Assembly (NCBI GenBank): GCA_965261445.1
Contig: CBDHCW010000010.1
Location: forward strand, 183,995 to 247,994
From: Dehalococcoidia bacterium
GTDB taxonomy: Bacteria > Chloroflexota > Dehalococcoidia > Lucifugimonadales > QGNO01
Length of the DNA: 64,000 bases
Direction of reading: 5' to 3'
Shown piece by piece: positions 33,242 through 43,607 of this stretch (positions are counted from its first letter, which is position 1; every line of letters starts with the position of its first letter). A program made the position numbers and the translations under genes. Under the pieces are notes generated by a model, which was not told the DNA's origin, did no database searches, and was given only the letters and a program-made list of their open reading frames with translations.

Positions 33242-34876
33242 TTATTCAATAGATACCAGGTAATTGTAGTGGGGCTGTCCGCCGTAGACCAGATCAACCT
33301 CAACGCCCGGACACCATCCCCGCACCTTCTCCGCCACTTGCCGGGCTTGGCCTTCCTGGGTGGCATCGCCCCAATAGAGGGTGATGAGATTCCCCGGTGA
33401 AGGCGCAGCGCGGCGGCACATCTCTCGCAGCGCTTCTTCTATATCTTGTGAAGCGGCGACGAGCTGTCCGTCCAGAAGGGCTATGACCTCGCCTTGGCGC
33501 ACGCTTCTGCCGTCTATCGTGGTGGAGCGCACCGCCCTGGTCAGCTCTCCTGAATGCAGTGCGGACATGGCGTCCCGCATGTTGGCTAGATTGGACTCGG
33601 CGCCGGCTTCCGGGTCGAAGGCCAGCAAAGCGGATACACCCTGGGGAACGGACGTAGTGGGCAGAACGTGGACGGGTTTTTCTGATAGAGAGGCAGCTTG
33701 CCGTGCGGCGGGTACTATGTTGGAGTTGTTGGGAAGGAGTATGACCTCCGCGGCGGCGGAATGCGCTACGCTATCGGACAGATCCTTTGTGCTGGGATTC
33801 ATGGTCTGACCGCCCCGCACTACATCAACGGCGCCCAGGTCACTGAATATCTGCTCTATGCCGCTGCCTAAAGCCACTACGACCACACCCAGAGGCACAG
33901 CTTCCTGCTGGCCACGGCGGTGGTCCTCTAGGAAGCCACGGTGCTGCCTGTCCATATCGTCTATTTTCAACTGGGTTACGCTGCCCAGGCTCCGGACATA
34001 GTCAACTATGGCTTCTGGCTCCTCGGTATGAAAGTGAACTTTGATCACGTCTTCCATACCCACCACCACCGTGGAGCGCGCTTTCTCCTCCAGGTATCTC
34101 CTGATTTCCTCAACGTCCAGGTTGAAGTCTGAAAGAAGGAACTGGGTGCAGTAGCCGAACTCCTCTTGCTCCGTGGCGTCCAGATAGGCCGCGCTGGGGG
34201 CCACCTGCCCAACGTCTATATCAAGAATCTTGGGCTCCTCCCCGTTCAGATAGCAGATCATCCCATCTATGATGGCGACTATGCCCAGACCGCCGGCATC
34301 TACGACACCTGCCTCCTTGAGCTTGAGAAGCAGGTCCGGCGTCTCCAGCAATGCCTGGCATGCAGCTTCATAGGCGTAACTCAGCACCAGTACGGGGTTA
34401 TCTTCGCCAGAAGCCGTCCTTTTCCCCGCTTCCTCGGCAGCTCTTCTGATCACGGTGAGCATGGTGCCTTCCACGGGATTGCCTACGGCCTTGTAAGAGG
34501 CCTGCGAGGCTTGGTCAAAGGCGCGGGCAACGTCCTCTCCTGAGAAGGACTCTCTGTCCTTGAACCCCTCGGCAAGCCCGCGGAAAAACTGCGACATGAT
34601 GACGCCGCTGTTGCCGCGGGCGCCCATAAGCGTCTCGTAGGCCACGGCCTGGGCCACCTTGTCTCCCGTTGCATCCTTCAGTTCGTCAAGAGCGGGTTGA
34701 GCTGATTTCAGAGTGAGGTACATGTTGGTCCCGGTATCACCATCGGGAACTGGAAAAACATTCAAGGAGTTGGCAATTGGGGCGTTTAGTTCGAGAGACG
34801 CTGTAGCGGCAACCAGCATGCCCCGAAAATCGTCGCCGGTAAGGCCGGGGAAGGTGCTTTGCGCTCTGTGAGTCAT
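33242..34876 (-). CDS. DAK2 domain-containing protein (YloV-like)
   Basis: The DhaL-type motif is FPVPDGDTGTNM. The 544-aa two-domain layout, and the position next to degV and rpmB, match Firmicutes yloV. Confidence 0.9.
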   Translation of the reverse strand: MTHRAQSTFPGLTGDDFRGMLVAATASLELNAPIANSLNVFPVPDGDTGTNMYLTLKSAQPALDELKDATGDKVAQAVAYETLMGARGNSGVIMSQFFRGLAEGFKDRESFSGEDVARAFDQASQASYKAVGNPVEGTMLTVIRRAAEEAGKRTASGEDNPVLVLSYAYEAACQALLETPDLLLKLKEAGVVDAGGLGIVAIIDGMICYLNGEEPKILDIDVGQVAPSAAYLDATEQEEFGYCTQFLLSDFNLDVEEIRRYLEEKARSTVVVGMEDVIKVHFHTEEPEAIVDYVRSLGSVTQLKIDDMDRQHRGFLEDHRRGQQEAVPLGVVVVALGSGIEQIFSDLGAVDVVRGGQTMNPSTKDLSDSVAHSAAAEVILLPNNSNIVPAARQAASLSEKPVHVLPTTSVPQGVSALLAFDPEAGAESNLANMRDAMSALHSGELTRAVRSTTIDGRSVRQGEVIALLDGQLVAASQDIEEALREMCRRAAPSPGNLITLYWGDATQEGQARQVAEKVRGWCPGVEVDLVYGGQPHYNYLVSIE

Positions 34877-34965
34877 TACGGCATTCGCTTGAACTGTACT
34901 CGAACCTGTGCTACTTTAGGCGGAGTATATATCCAGCCCTGCGCTGGCGTCAAAGAGATTGAGTC

Positions 34966-35151
34966 ATGGCTAAGTGCAATGTTTGCGGAAAAACGGGCCA
35001 GTTCGGCCACAACGTAAGCCACTCCAAGAGGGCCACCAACACCAGGTGGCTCCCGAACGTTCACAAGACCAAGCTGCTGATAGATGGCCGGATGCAGCGC
35101 GTCCGTCTATGCACTCGCTGTCTGCGCACGCATCACCGGAAAATAGCGTAA
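34966..35151 (+). CDS. rpmB: 50S ribosomal protein L28
   Basis: The sequence MAKCNVCGKTGQFGHNVSHSKRATNTRWLPNVHK is L28. Confidence 0.95.
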   Translation: MAKCNVCGKTGQFGHNVSHSKRATNTRWLPNVHKTKLLIDGRMQRVRLCTRCLRTHHRKIA

Positions 35152-35157
35152 GCCAGG

Positions 35158-35836
35158 CTATCCGGAGGAGACCTCTTCCAGCTTCGCCCTCAGCCGCTCC
35201 AAGGCCTGCCGCACCGGTTCGCGCTCGTTGAAAACGGCGGAGCCCGCCACGATCACGGTTGCGCCGGCTTGAGCTGCCGAAGCGATGGTGTCCTGGTTCA
35301 CTCCCCCGTCCACTTCCAACTCGGCTTTGGCGCCTATGGCATCGAGACGTTGCCGCATGCGGCGCAGTTTCTCGACTGAACTGGGGATGAAAGACTGGCC
35401 GGGGAAGCCGGGGTTGACCGACATGACAAGGACTTGGTCAAGGTGGGGCAGCACCTCTTCGATAGCGGATATAGGGGTTGCCGGGTTGATGGCCACACCC
35501 GCTTTGGCGCCCGCTTCTTTGATCTGATGCACGACTCTGTGCAGATGCGTACAAGCCTCGGCGTGGACGGTGAGTATGTCTCCCCCGGCCCTGGCGAACT
35601 CTTCCACGTGCCGCTCCGGCTCAACGATCATGAGATGTACGTCCAAGGGAAGCATAGTACGAGCGCGCAGGGCCTGCACCATGGATGCGCCAAAGGTGAT
35701 GCCGGGCACGAAGCGCCCATCCATGACGTCCACGTGGATGTAGTCGGCACCGGCTTTTTTCAGCTTCGGATACGGCATCCCCCAAGCTGGCGAAGTCCGC
35801 AGAGAGTATAGACGGGGCTAGTTTGATGTTGCTCAT
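35158..35836 (-). pseudogene. rpe: ribulose-phosphate 3-epimerase, one frameshift as sequenced
   Basis: [22 protein letters not shown] (frame of ORF 35621-35836) continues as ..[18 protein letters not shown] (ORF 35158-35778). Removing one T from the T6 run at 35755-35760 restores the frame. Confidence 0.85.
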
Positions 35837-37206
35837 CAGCTAAGCCTCAACCCTCCAGCAGGGAGCGCGCCCTTTTCAGTGCCGCTCGTACCTGGTTGGG
35901 CGCTGTGCCGCCGGGCACGTCCCCGCGCTTGGATGGACGTCTCGGCGGTGACCTGGTAAACGTCCTCCTGAAACACTTCTGAGAAACGGTGGTACTCCTC
36001 CAGGCTGAGCTCTTTGAACCGCTTCTCCTGTTCTGAAGCGTACCTGGAGACCTGGATCATAACGCCGTGAGCCTCGCGGAACGGGACACCTTTGGCTACT
36101 AGGTAGTCGGCAAGGTCTGTGGCCAGGACCAGGCTGTCTTCGGAGGCTTGTCGCATGCGCTCCGTATTGAACTCAGCGGTGGACATCATGCCGGACATGA
36201 CTTCAAGGGTGGCTTGAAGCGTGTCCACCGTGTCGAAGAAGCCATGCTTGTCCTCTTGAAGGTCGCGGTTGTAGGTCATGGGCAGGCCCTTGATGACGGT
36301 TAGCAACGCGATGAGGTTGCCGTAGACACGCCCCGTTTTGCCGCGGGCAAGCTCGGCGAAGTCAGGGTTGCGCTTCTGCGGCATCATGCTGCTGCCGGTG
36401 ACGTACTCGTCGCCCAGGCGGATGAAGTCGAACTCCTGGGAGGACCAGTAGACGATCTCTTCCGCAAGCCGCGACAAGTGCGCCATGCAGAGGGCGGAGT
36501 TCGCCAGGTACTCGACTAGGTAGTCGCGGTCGGAAACAACATCCATGGAGTTCTCGCTTATACGGGCAAAGCCCAGCTCCCTGGCAAGGAACTCACGATC
36601 GTAATCATAGGGCACTCCGGCCAGAGCGCCACTGCCTAGGGGCAGCACGTCGGTGCGCTGAAGGCATTCCTGGAACCGCTCCGCATCGCGGTGCAGCATG
36701 TGGAAGTAGGCGAGCAAATGGTGGGACAGCAGCACGGGCTGAGCCCGCTGCATGTGGGTGTAGCCCGGCAGCGCCGTCTCCAGATTGGCCCCGGCCACGT
36801 CCAGGATTACTTGCTGGAAGCGGTGGATGAGGCGCACCGTATCCTGGATGGCCTGCTTGGCATAGAGGCGCATGTCCACCGCTACTTGGTCGTTGCGGGA
36901 ACGGGCTGTGTGCAGCTTGCCCGCTGCGTCACCTATCTTTTCATAGAGCCGCGATTCAATGTTCATGTGGATGTCTTCAAGCTGAGACTGCCAGGGAAAG
37001 GTTCCGTCCTCTATCTCCTTCTGGATCCCGGCAAGGCCGCTGACAATTGCCTCGACATCGTCTTTGGAGATGATGTTCTGCTTGGCGAGCATGCGGGCAT
37101 GCGCCATGGAAGCGGCTATGTCCTGCCTGTACAGCCGTCTATCGTAGTGCAGGGAGACGGTGTAGTCAGACGAAATCTTTGGCCTGGGAGTCTTGCTTTG
37201 CGTCAT
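35836..37206 (-). CDS. argH: argininosuccinate lyase (3'-terminal frameshift as sequenced)
   Basis: The motifs are TARSRNDQV and GSSMMPQKRNPD. The last ~30 codons are garbled. Removing one C from the C4 run at 35921-35924 gives ..ARDVPGGTAPNQVRAALKRARSLLEG*, with the stop at 35847-35849. Confidence 0.9.
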   Translation of the reverse strand: MTQSKTPRPKISSDYTVSLHYDRRLYRQDIAASMAHARMLAKQNIISKDDVEAIVSGLAGIQKEIEDGTFPWQSQLEDIHMNIESRLYEKIGDAAGKLHTARSRNDQVAVDMRLYAKQAIQDTVRLIHRFQQVILDVAGANLETALPGYTHMQRAQPVLLSHHLLAYFHMLHRDAERFQECLQRTDVLPLGSGALAGVPYDYDREFLARELGFARISENSMDVVSDRDYLVEYLANSALCMAHLSRLAEEIVYWSSQEFDFIRLGDEYVTGSSMMPQKRNPDFAELARGKTGRVYGNLIALLTVIKGLPMTYNRDLQEDKHGFFDTVDTLQATLEVMSGMMSTAEFNTERMRQASEDSLVLATDLADYLVAKGVPFREAHGVMIQVSRYASEQEKRFKELSLEEYHRFSEVFQEDVYQVTAETSIQARGRARRHSAQPGTSGTEKGALPAGGLRLS

Positions 37207-37559
37207 AGCTGGAGAGATTCGACTTTGATGAGGCGCTGGCTCACGGGGTCTACCTGGTAGCCCAGTGCCTCGAACGCGGTGACGCCGAGCACGAGGGCGT
37301 CGTCCGGCTCACCGAAGATAACGGAAGTTCCAATTATCGAGTCTTCATATGCCATCCGTACGATTCCTATTCGCCTTCTAATGGCTCCACCAAAGCCACG
37401 GAATACCCGTTCACTTACAGGCTCAATGTCAAGCTCTCTCAGGATTAGGGAAGGAACGACGGTGAGCAAGGCGCCGGTGTCCGCCAGAAATTGTATGCTG
37501 CGGCGCTTATCAGGCTCAGACACGCTGGCAACGTCTATTTCTACGTGTGTGAAGCCCAT
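37203..37559 (-). CDS. retropepsin-like (clan AA) aspartic protease domain protein
   Basis: It is about 118 aa with the active-site-like motif FLADTGALLTVVP. Its start overlaps the argG stop and its stop overlaps the argH start (ATGA). Confidence 0.6.
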   Translation of the reverse strand: MGFTHVEIDVASVSEPDKRRSIQFLADTGALLTVVPSLILRELDIEPVSERVFRGFGGAIRRRIGIVRMAYEDSIIGTSVIFGEPDDALVLGVTAFEALGYQVDPVSQRLIKVESLQL

Positions 37560-38797
37560 CAACCGGCGTCTCCCCGCGCTCGCAGGGCGCTGCTGCGCAG
37601 GCGATGGGCGTTGACTCTGATGAATCCCGTGGAATCCGGGGCCTCAAAGCCGCCTATCCTATCCATGCTCACCAGGTCCTCATTGTACAGCGTAACGGGT
37701 GAGCGCCGCTCTTTGGTGATGACGTTGCCCTTGTACAACCCCAGGGTCACTGTGCCGGTAACGTACTCCTGGCTCTTGTCCATTACCAGGCGCACCAGAT
37801 CCATCTCCGGGGAGAACCAGAACCCGTAATACACGAGCTCCGAAAAGCGGGGGATCAGCGAATCGCGGAGATGCATCACCTCTCTGTCCAGTGTGATGCC
37901 TTCCAGGTCGCGGTGCGCTTTGTGCAGGATTGTGCCGCCCGGAGTTTCGTAAACGCCGCGGGACTTGATGCCGACAAACCGGTTCTCCACCATGTCCTCA
38001 CGTCCGATGCCATTGATGCCGCCCAGGTGATTGAGGTAGGCGAACAGCTCCAGTGGCTGCGATTGTGTTGTGCCATCACTGAGGTTGCGCACCTCCACGG
38101 GGTTCCCTTCGCGGAACTCTATCTCAAGCTCCGTCTCTTTATTGGGAGCGCGTTTGGGCGAGCGCGTCATCTGGAACATGGAATTTCGCGGGCGGCGCGC
38201 CGGGTCTTCCAACTCGCCGGCCTCATAGCTGATGTGCATCAGGTTGGCATCGCTGCTCCAGGGTTTGCGCTTGGTCGCCGATACGGGGACGCCATTGCGC
38301 CTAGCATAGCTCAGCATGTCTGACCTGCCGGTGAACTTGCCCAGGAAGACGGGGTCGCGCCAGGGGACGTATATCTCCAGCTCTGGAGCCAGCGCGTGGA
38401 AGGTGAACTCGAAGCGCACTTGGTCGTTTCCTTTGCCGGTGGCGCCGTGGGAAAGGGTGGTGGCCTTCTCTCTGAGCGCCGTCTGCACCTGGCCTTTGGC
38501 CGTTACGGGACGCGCCAGCGACGTGCCGAGAAGATAACGTCCCTCGTAGATGGCGTTGGCCCTGATCGCGGGATAGATGAAGTCGGTAACGAACTCATGC
38601 CGCAGGTCTTCCACATAGGTGGCGGAAGCTCCAACCTGGCGGGCCTTGACCACGACCTCCTCCATATCCTCGTCCTGGCCCAGGTTGGCGGTGTAGGTGA
38701 CGACGTCGTGTCCCTGGCTGATGAGCCAGTGCAGGATGACAGAGGTATCCAGGCCTCCGCTGTAGGCAAGCACTATCTTCTTCTGGTTGTCCATCAC
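37559..38797 (-). CDS. argG: argininosuccinate synthase
   Basis: AYSGGLDTS, the ATP pyrophosphatase motif, and full-length similarity in pattern support the call. Confidence 0.95.
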   Translation of the reverse strand: MMDNQKKIVLAYSGGLDTSVILHWLISQGHDVVTYTANLGQDEDMEEVVVKARQVGASATYVEDLRHEFVTDFIYPAIRANAIYEGRYLLGTSLARPVTAKGQVQTALREKATTLSHGATGKGNDQVRFEFTFHALAPELEIYVPWRDPVFLGKFTGRSDMLSYARRNGVPVSATKRKPWSSDANLMHISYEAGELEDPARRPRNSMFQMTRSPKRAPNKETELEIEFREGNPVEVRNLSDGTTQSQPLELFAYLNHLGGINGIGREDMVENRFVGIKSRGVYETPGGTILHKAHRDLEGITLDREVMHLRDSLIPRFSELVYYGFWFSPEMDLVRLVMDKSQEYVTGTVTLGLYKGNVITKERRSPVTLYNEDLVSMDRIGGFEAPDSTGFIRVNAHRLRSSALRARGDAG

Positions 38798-39983
38798 TCC
38801 ATCACCGTTTCCAAGGCACTCTCCAGCCTCTCCACGGCCTGGTCTATCTCTTCCCTACTCACCGTCAGCGGCGGCATGAAGCGTATAGTGCCGGGTCGTA
38901 CCGCATTGAGCAAAAGTCCTTCTTCGTTGCAGGCAGCGAACTACCTTGGCCGAGACTTCATCATGGAAGGCGAGGCCAAGCAGGAGACCCATACCCCGCA
39001 CCTCGGCGATGTAGGGATAGCGCGACTTAAGCTCAACAAGGCGCTCTTTCAGATACTCTCCGGCTGCTCCGGCCTGGGACGGCACGTCGTTGTCAACTAT
39101 GTACTTGGAGGAGGCGTACGCCGCGGCACAGGTGAGGACGTTGCCGCCGAAGGTGGAGCCGTGGTCGCCGGGTTCAAGTACGGAGGCATGCTCCTTGGCA
39201 AGGAATGCCCCAATGGGCACACCGCCGCCCAGCCCCTTGGCCAGAGTCATTACGTCCGGCTCTACGCCAAACGATTGGTAGCCAAACAGAGTACCAAGGC
39301 GACCCATCCCCGTTTTGTATCTCATCGAAGATGAGGAGAAGCCCGTTCTGGTCGCACCAATCGCGGACGGCCTTGAGGTAGCCTTCTTCCGGCACGTTGA
39401 CCCCGCCTTCGCCCTGCAGCGGCTCAAGCATCACGGCACAAGTAGCATCGCTTGTGGCGTTCTTGATCGCCTCTAGGTCGTTGTACTCAACGTTGACGAA
39501 GCCGTCGGCCAGCGGCCTCCAAGCTTCTTGATAGTGGGGCTGACCCGTGGCGGCTATCATTCCCAGAGTGCGACCATGGAACGAATTGAGAGCGGTGATC
39601 ACCTCGTGCGCGCCGTCGCGGTGCAGCTTGCCGTATTTACGCGCCAGCTTCACCGCACCTTCATTGGCTTCAGCGCCGCTGTTGGAGAAGAAAACCCTAT
39701 CCAGGCAGCTGTTGTCTATGAGGACCTGGGCAAGCTGAAGCTGAGGCACCGTGTAGTAGGCGTTGGAGGTCTGCATTAGGGTGGCGGCCTGTTCCTGGAT
39801 AGCTTCCACAACTGCAGGGTGGCAATGCCCTATGTTGTTCACCGCCCAGCCGGCAGTGAAGTCCAGGTACTCCTTCCCCGTTTCGTCCCAGACCTTTGTC
39901 CCCTGGCCTTTGACTATGGTCACAGGCTGACGACGCACTACTTGCATGTAATATTCGCTCTCTATCTGTTGCCACGTGCTCAC
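38794..39983 (-). pseudogene. argD: acetylornithine aminotransferase, two frameshifts as sequenced
   Basis: The pieces are 39174-39983 and 38855-39427, plus a third frame to the stop at 38794. FDEIQ|TGMGRLG is restored by removing one T from the T4 run at 39313-39316. ..SAKVV|AACNEEGLLLNAVRPGTIRFMPPL is restored by removing one base near 38938. Confidence 0.85.
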
Positions 39984-42731
39984 AATGACTGCTCCTCTTG
40001 TACTAGGTCTGACAATTGGCTAACCGCCTCTTCCAAGGTAATTATGCCTTCCCTCAGGTCTTGCAAGGCTCTCTGGATGGCCTCCAGCTGTCTGGCCGCT
40101 TCCTCAGAGAGGGTGATAGGAGTACCTCCACCTCCACTGGGCGGACTTGGGCCTGCCACGGCCTGCCCTCCAAACAAGGCTCCCAGCGCCTCATCCAGCG
40201 AGGGCTCCATGACCACCTTGTTGGCGGAAGCCAGTATGACGCGTTTTAGCTCAGGCAAGGGCAACCCTTCCGCTCTGAGATATACGGGCTCCACGTAAAG
40301 GATGGAGTCGGCTATCGGAATGACTAGCAGGTTCCCTCTGATCACCACCGACCCGGACTGGTTCCACAATGTGAACTGCTGCGATATCTCGGTATCGTTG
40401 TCTATGCGTGCTTCTATCTGTACCGGGCCGTCTATTTGCACCCCTCTGGGGAATGTGTAGGCTATCAGCTTGCCATACTCAGGCCCGTCCATGCGCGCCG
40501 ACAGCCAGGCCACCATGTTGGGTTTTTCCGCTGGGGTAAAGGGAAGGATAAGGACGAACTCCACGTCTTCCTCGCCGGGCAGCTTCATAATCACGTAGTA
40601 AGGTTCAACCGCCTGCTGACTGCCAAAAGAAGACCTCCAATGGAACGCTCCACTGGTCCTCTTTGTTGAAGAAAACCGTTGGATCCGTCATGTGATACTG
40701 GAGGTAGGTCTCCGACTGGACGGAAAACAGGTCTTCCGGATACCTCAGATGGTCTCTGAGGAAAAGCGACATGTCATCCATGGGCTTGAACAGAGCAGGG
40801 AATATCTTGGCGTACGTCTGAATAAGAGGGTCTTGCGGATCGGCGATGTAGAACTGCATCTGACCGTTGTAAGCGTCGACCACCACCTTAACGCTGTTTC
40901 TGATGTAGTTGAACCGCTCATCGAACGGTCTTGAATACGGGTATTTGTCCGTCATGGTATAGGCGTCTTGCATCCAGACCAGCCTACCCTGTTCCACTAT
41001 CAAGTAAGGGTCTGCGTCAAGTTCCAGGAAGGGCGCCACGTGGCTGATTCGCTCCTGAATGTGGCGGTTGTAGAGGACTTTGCTCTGGGGCAGGATTTCA
41101 CCGCTGATTACTATGTTGATATCCCCGAACTGCCAGGCATATGCAATTCGCCTGAGCAATGAGCTAAGGTGGACACCGCCCGAACCCTGGTACTGAACGT
41201 ATACGGGCACGTCTTCCTCGGTTGGGTGATCGAATTCAGGGGTCTCGCTGTTGACTATGACGTAGCTGTTGGTGTTCTCGCCGTAGTAGACCTCCGGCCT
41301 GTTGATTTCAATGTCGCCGGTGGGAGGCACGTCCTGTACGAAGAAGAGGGGCCTGCCTTCATCGGTGAACTCGGTGACGGGGCTGGCGGCAGCGCCGTAG
41401 CCATGCGTGAACTGGAGCCGCTGGTTGACCCATCTCTGGGCCTCTTCCGGCAAGAACTCCGGATAGAGCTCGCGAGCCCCGATGAGCACCTGGCGATATT
41501 CACCATTTATTTCTTATCTGTCTACGTCCGTGTCCTGGAAGTTGTAGTAGAGCCGCAGGTGCTGGATCTGGTTGTAAATGTCTATCAAGGGGCGTGGATC
41601 CCATAGACGCACGTTGTTCACAGTCTCTTGGTTGGCCAGGATGTCACTTGAAGTAAGCTGAGCCGTCGCTTCATACGATCGCTCCTCTATCCGGTCCAGG
41701 CCAAAGGCGGCGCGGGTGAACTCGATGTTGCGGGCGATGAAGCCGCGCTCCCTCTGCAGCTCGTTGGGTTCAACGGTGAAACGCTGAATGAAAGAGGGGT
41801 AGAGGCTGCCCAGGCCAACCGCGGCCACCAGCCAGAGAACCACGCCGCCGATGATGAGACGGTTGCCCCTTGCGCCTCTCAGTGAAGGATGCAAGGTGGC
41901 CAGCAGCAAGACGCCGCTGGCCACGGCAATAGCCGCCATTACCAGTAACACCGGCAGACGCGCGTTTATATCGGCGTAGGTTGCGCCAAAGACTGCTCCG
42001 TCTCCGGAAAATAGTACCTGGTACCTGTCCAGGATATGCTTGAAGGCCAAATTGAAGAAGACCAGAGATCCCAGAACGGCCAGGTGCCCTCTCTGCCAGG
42101 GCGTGAGTTGAAAGGGTATGCCTCTCAGCGCAAAGTAAGCTATGTATACACCGGCGGTTGCCAGGAGGAGGACTATGAATGCCCCAAGGAGCCAGCTTTG
42201 CACCAGGTTCAGAATAGGGAGGGAGAACACGTAGAAGGAGACGTCGTTTTGAAAAACCGGATCTAAAATCCCAAAGGAGGAGCTGTTGATCAGCCTGAGC
42301 GTCAGTTCCCATTGGCCGCTGAGGCTGGAGCCAAACGCAAGTGAGGCGAGCGTTGCGCCAAGGACAATGGCCAGGATGGTTAACCTGTTCAACCAGTATA
42401 TGGTCTCGGCGGGGAGGGGAAGAACCGATTCGCCGCGAGCGCGGCGCTGGGCCAGCACAACGCTTACTGCGATCATTACGCCAAAGACCAGGGCCCCCGT
42501 GACAAAAAGCCCGGCACGAGTCCACAGTATGGTCCTGTACACGTCCAGGAAACCCAGCGAGTTGAACCAGAGCCAGTCGGTATAGACGCCTCGCAGGGTG
42601 TTGAACAACACCAGCAGGAAGACGACGCCTAAGAGGACCAGTCCCCACTTGATAAATGAGCCGGTATTGGGAGGAAAAGCAAGAGTGGGCTCCCAGTCTA
42701 AGGGGGGGACGTTGCCGCCGTTCTGTCTCAA
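39980..42731 (-). pseudogene. UPF0182-family large membrane protein, one in-frame stop and one frameshift as sequenced
   Basis: The N-terminal multi-TM part is 41514-42731. A TAA at 41514-41516 sits where Tyr is expected (DVDR*EINGEYRQVLIGAREL). A frameshift occurs in the A4 run at 40625-40628 (..EVFF|GSQQAVEPYYVIMKLPGE). Confidence 0.8.
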
Positions 42732-42754
42732 GTCACCTCACTCCTTCGGATTGC

Positions 42755-43543
42755 CTAAGCGGTTAACCAGGTACCTACATTATCATTGTTTACGGCTTTA
42801 AGCAGCGCCTGGGGGGACCTACCGTCTATTATCTGAGCTGCCGGAACTCGCTGCAGGGCTTTGATGCAGGCTTCCAGCTTTGGAATCATGCCGCCGTCAG
42901 CGGTACCGGATGTGAGCAGCCCCTGCACTTCCCTGGGCGTAAGCCTGGTGATGAGCCTTCGCGATGAGTCCAGAACGCCCCCCACGTCTGTAAGAAAGAT
43001 AAGCCGTTGAGCCGGCAATGCCCAGGCCAGGTGGCCGGCTGCGGTGTCGCCGTTGATGTTGAGCAAAGAGCCGTCTTCACCCGCGCCGTTGGTTGCGGCC
43101 ACCGCCACGGGAGCAATGAGCGGGATATAGCCGGCTTTCAAGACATCCATCACCGGCTGCGGGTCCACTTCAGTGACTTCACCTACAAATCCAAGCTCCG
43201 GGTTGTTGATTCGCGCTCGCAGCATGCCACCGTCAGCGCCGGAGAGCCCCACTACCTTGCCGTTGAGAGCAGAGATGGCGGCGACAAGCTGCTTGTTGAT
43301 AAGGCCGGCGAGCACTGCTACCACCACCTCCAGACTGGGGGCGTCGGTGACGCGCAGACCTCGTATGAAACGCGGCGGCAGCGACTGCCTCTTCATCCAG
43401 TGGGAAATGACCGGGCCGCCTCCATGCACTACTACCGGCGTACGCCCCGCCTTTTGCAGGGCAACGATATCGCGAAAAGAGGTATCGGCGCTTCCCAGGG
43501 TGCTTCCGCCTATTTTGACTACTATTGTATCTTTGGAGGTCAT
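42755..43543 (-). CDS. argB: acetylglutamate kinase
   Basis: The motifs are VVKIGGS, VVVHGGGP and INGDTAAG. Confidence 0.93.
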   Translation of the reverse strand: MTSKDTIVVKIGGSTLGSADTSFRDIVALQKAGRTPVVVHGGGPVISHWMKRQSLPPRFIRGLRVTDAPSLEVVVAVLAGLINKQLVAAISALNGKVVGLSGADGGMLRARINNPELGFVGEVTEVDPQPVMDVLKAGYIPLIAPVAVAATNGAGEDGSLLNINGDTAAGHLAWALPAQRLIFLTDVGGVLDSSRRLITRLTPREVQGLLTSGTADGGMIPKLEACIKALQRVPAAQIIDGRSPQALLKAVNNDNVGTWLTA

Positions 43544-43607
43544 ATCCTAGAGATCGATTTCAGGCCCACGCCTTCAACTCCAACCGGCAAACTGATCACT
43601 AACCGGC

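Noticed and set aside
38396-39334. A 312-aa plus-strand ORF.
   Set aside because: It lies antisense to argG and argD, which have clear motifs. Its composition is that of a shadow frame.
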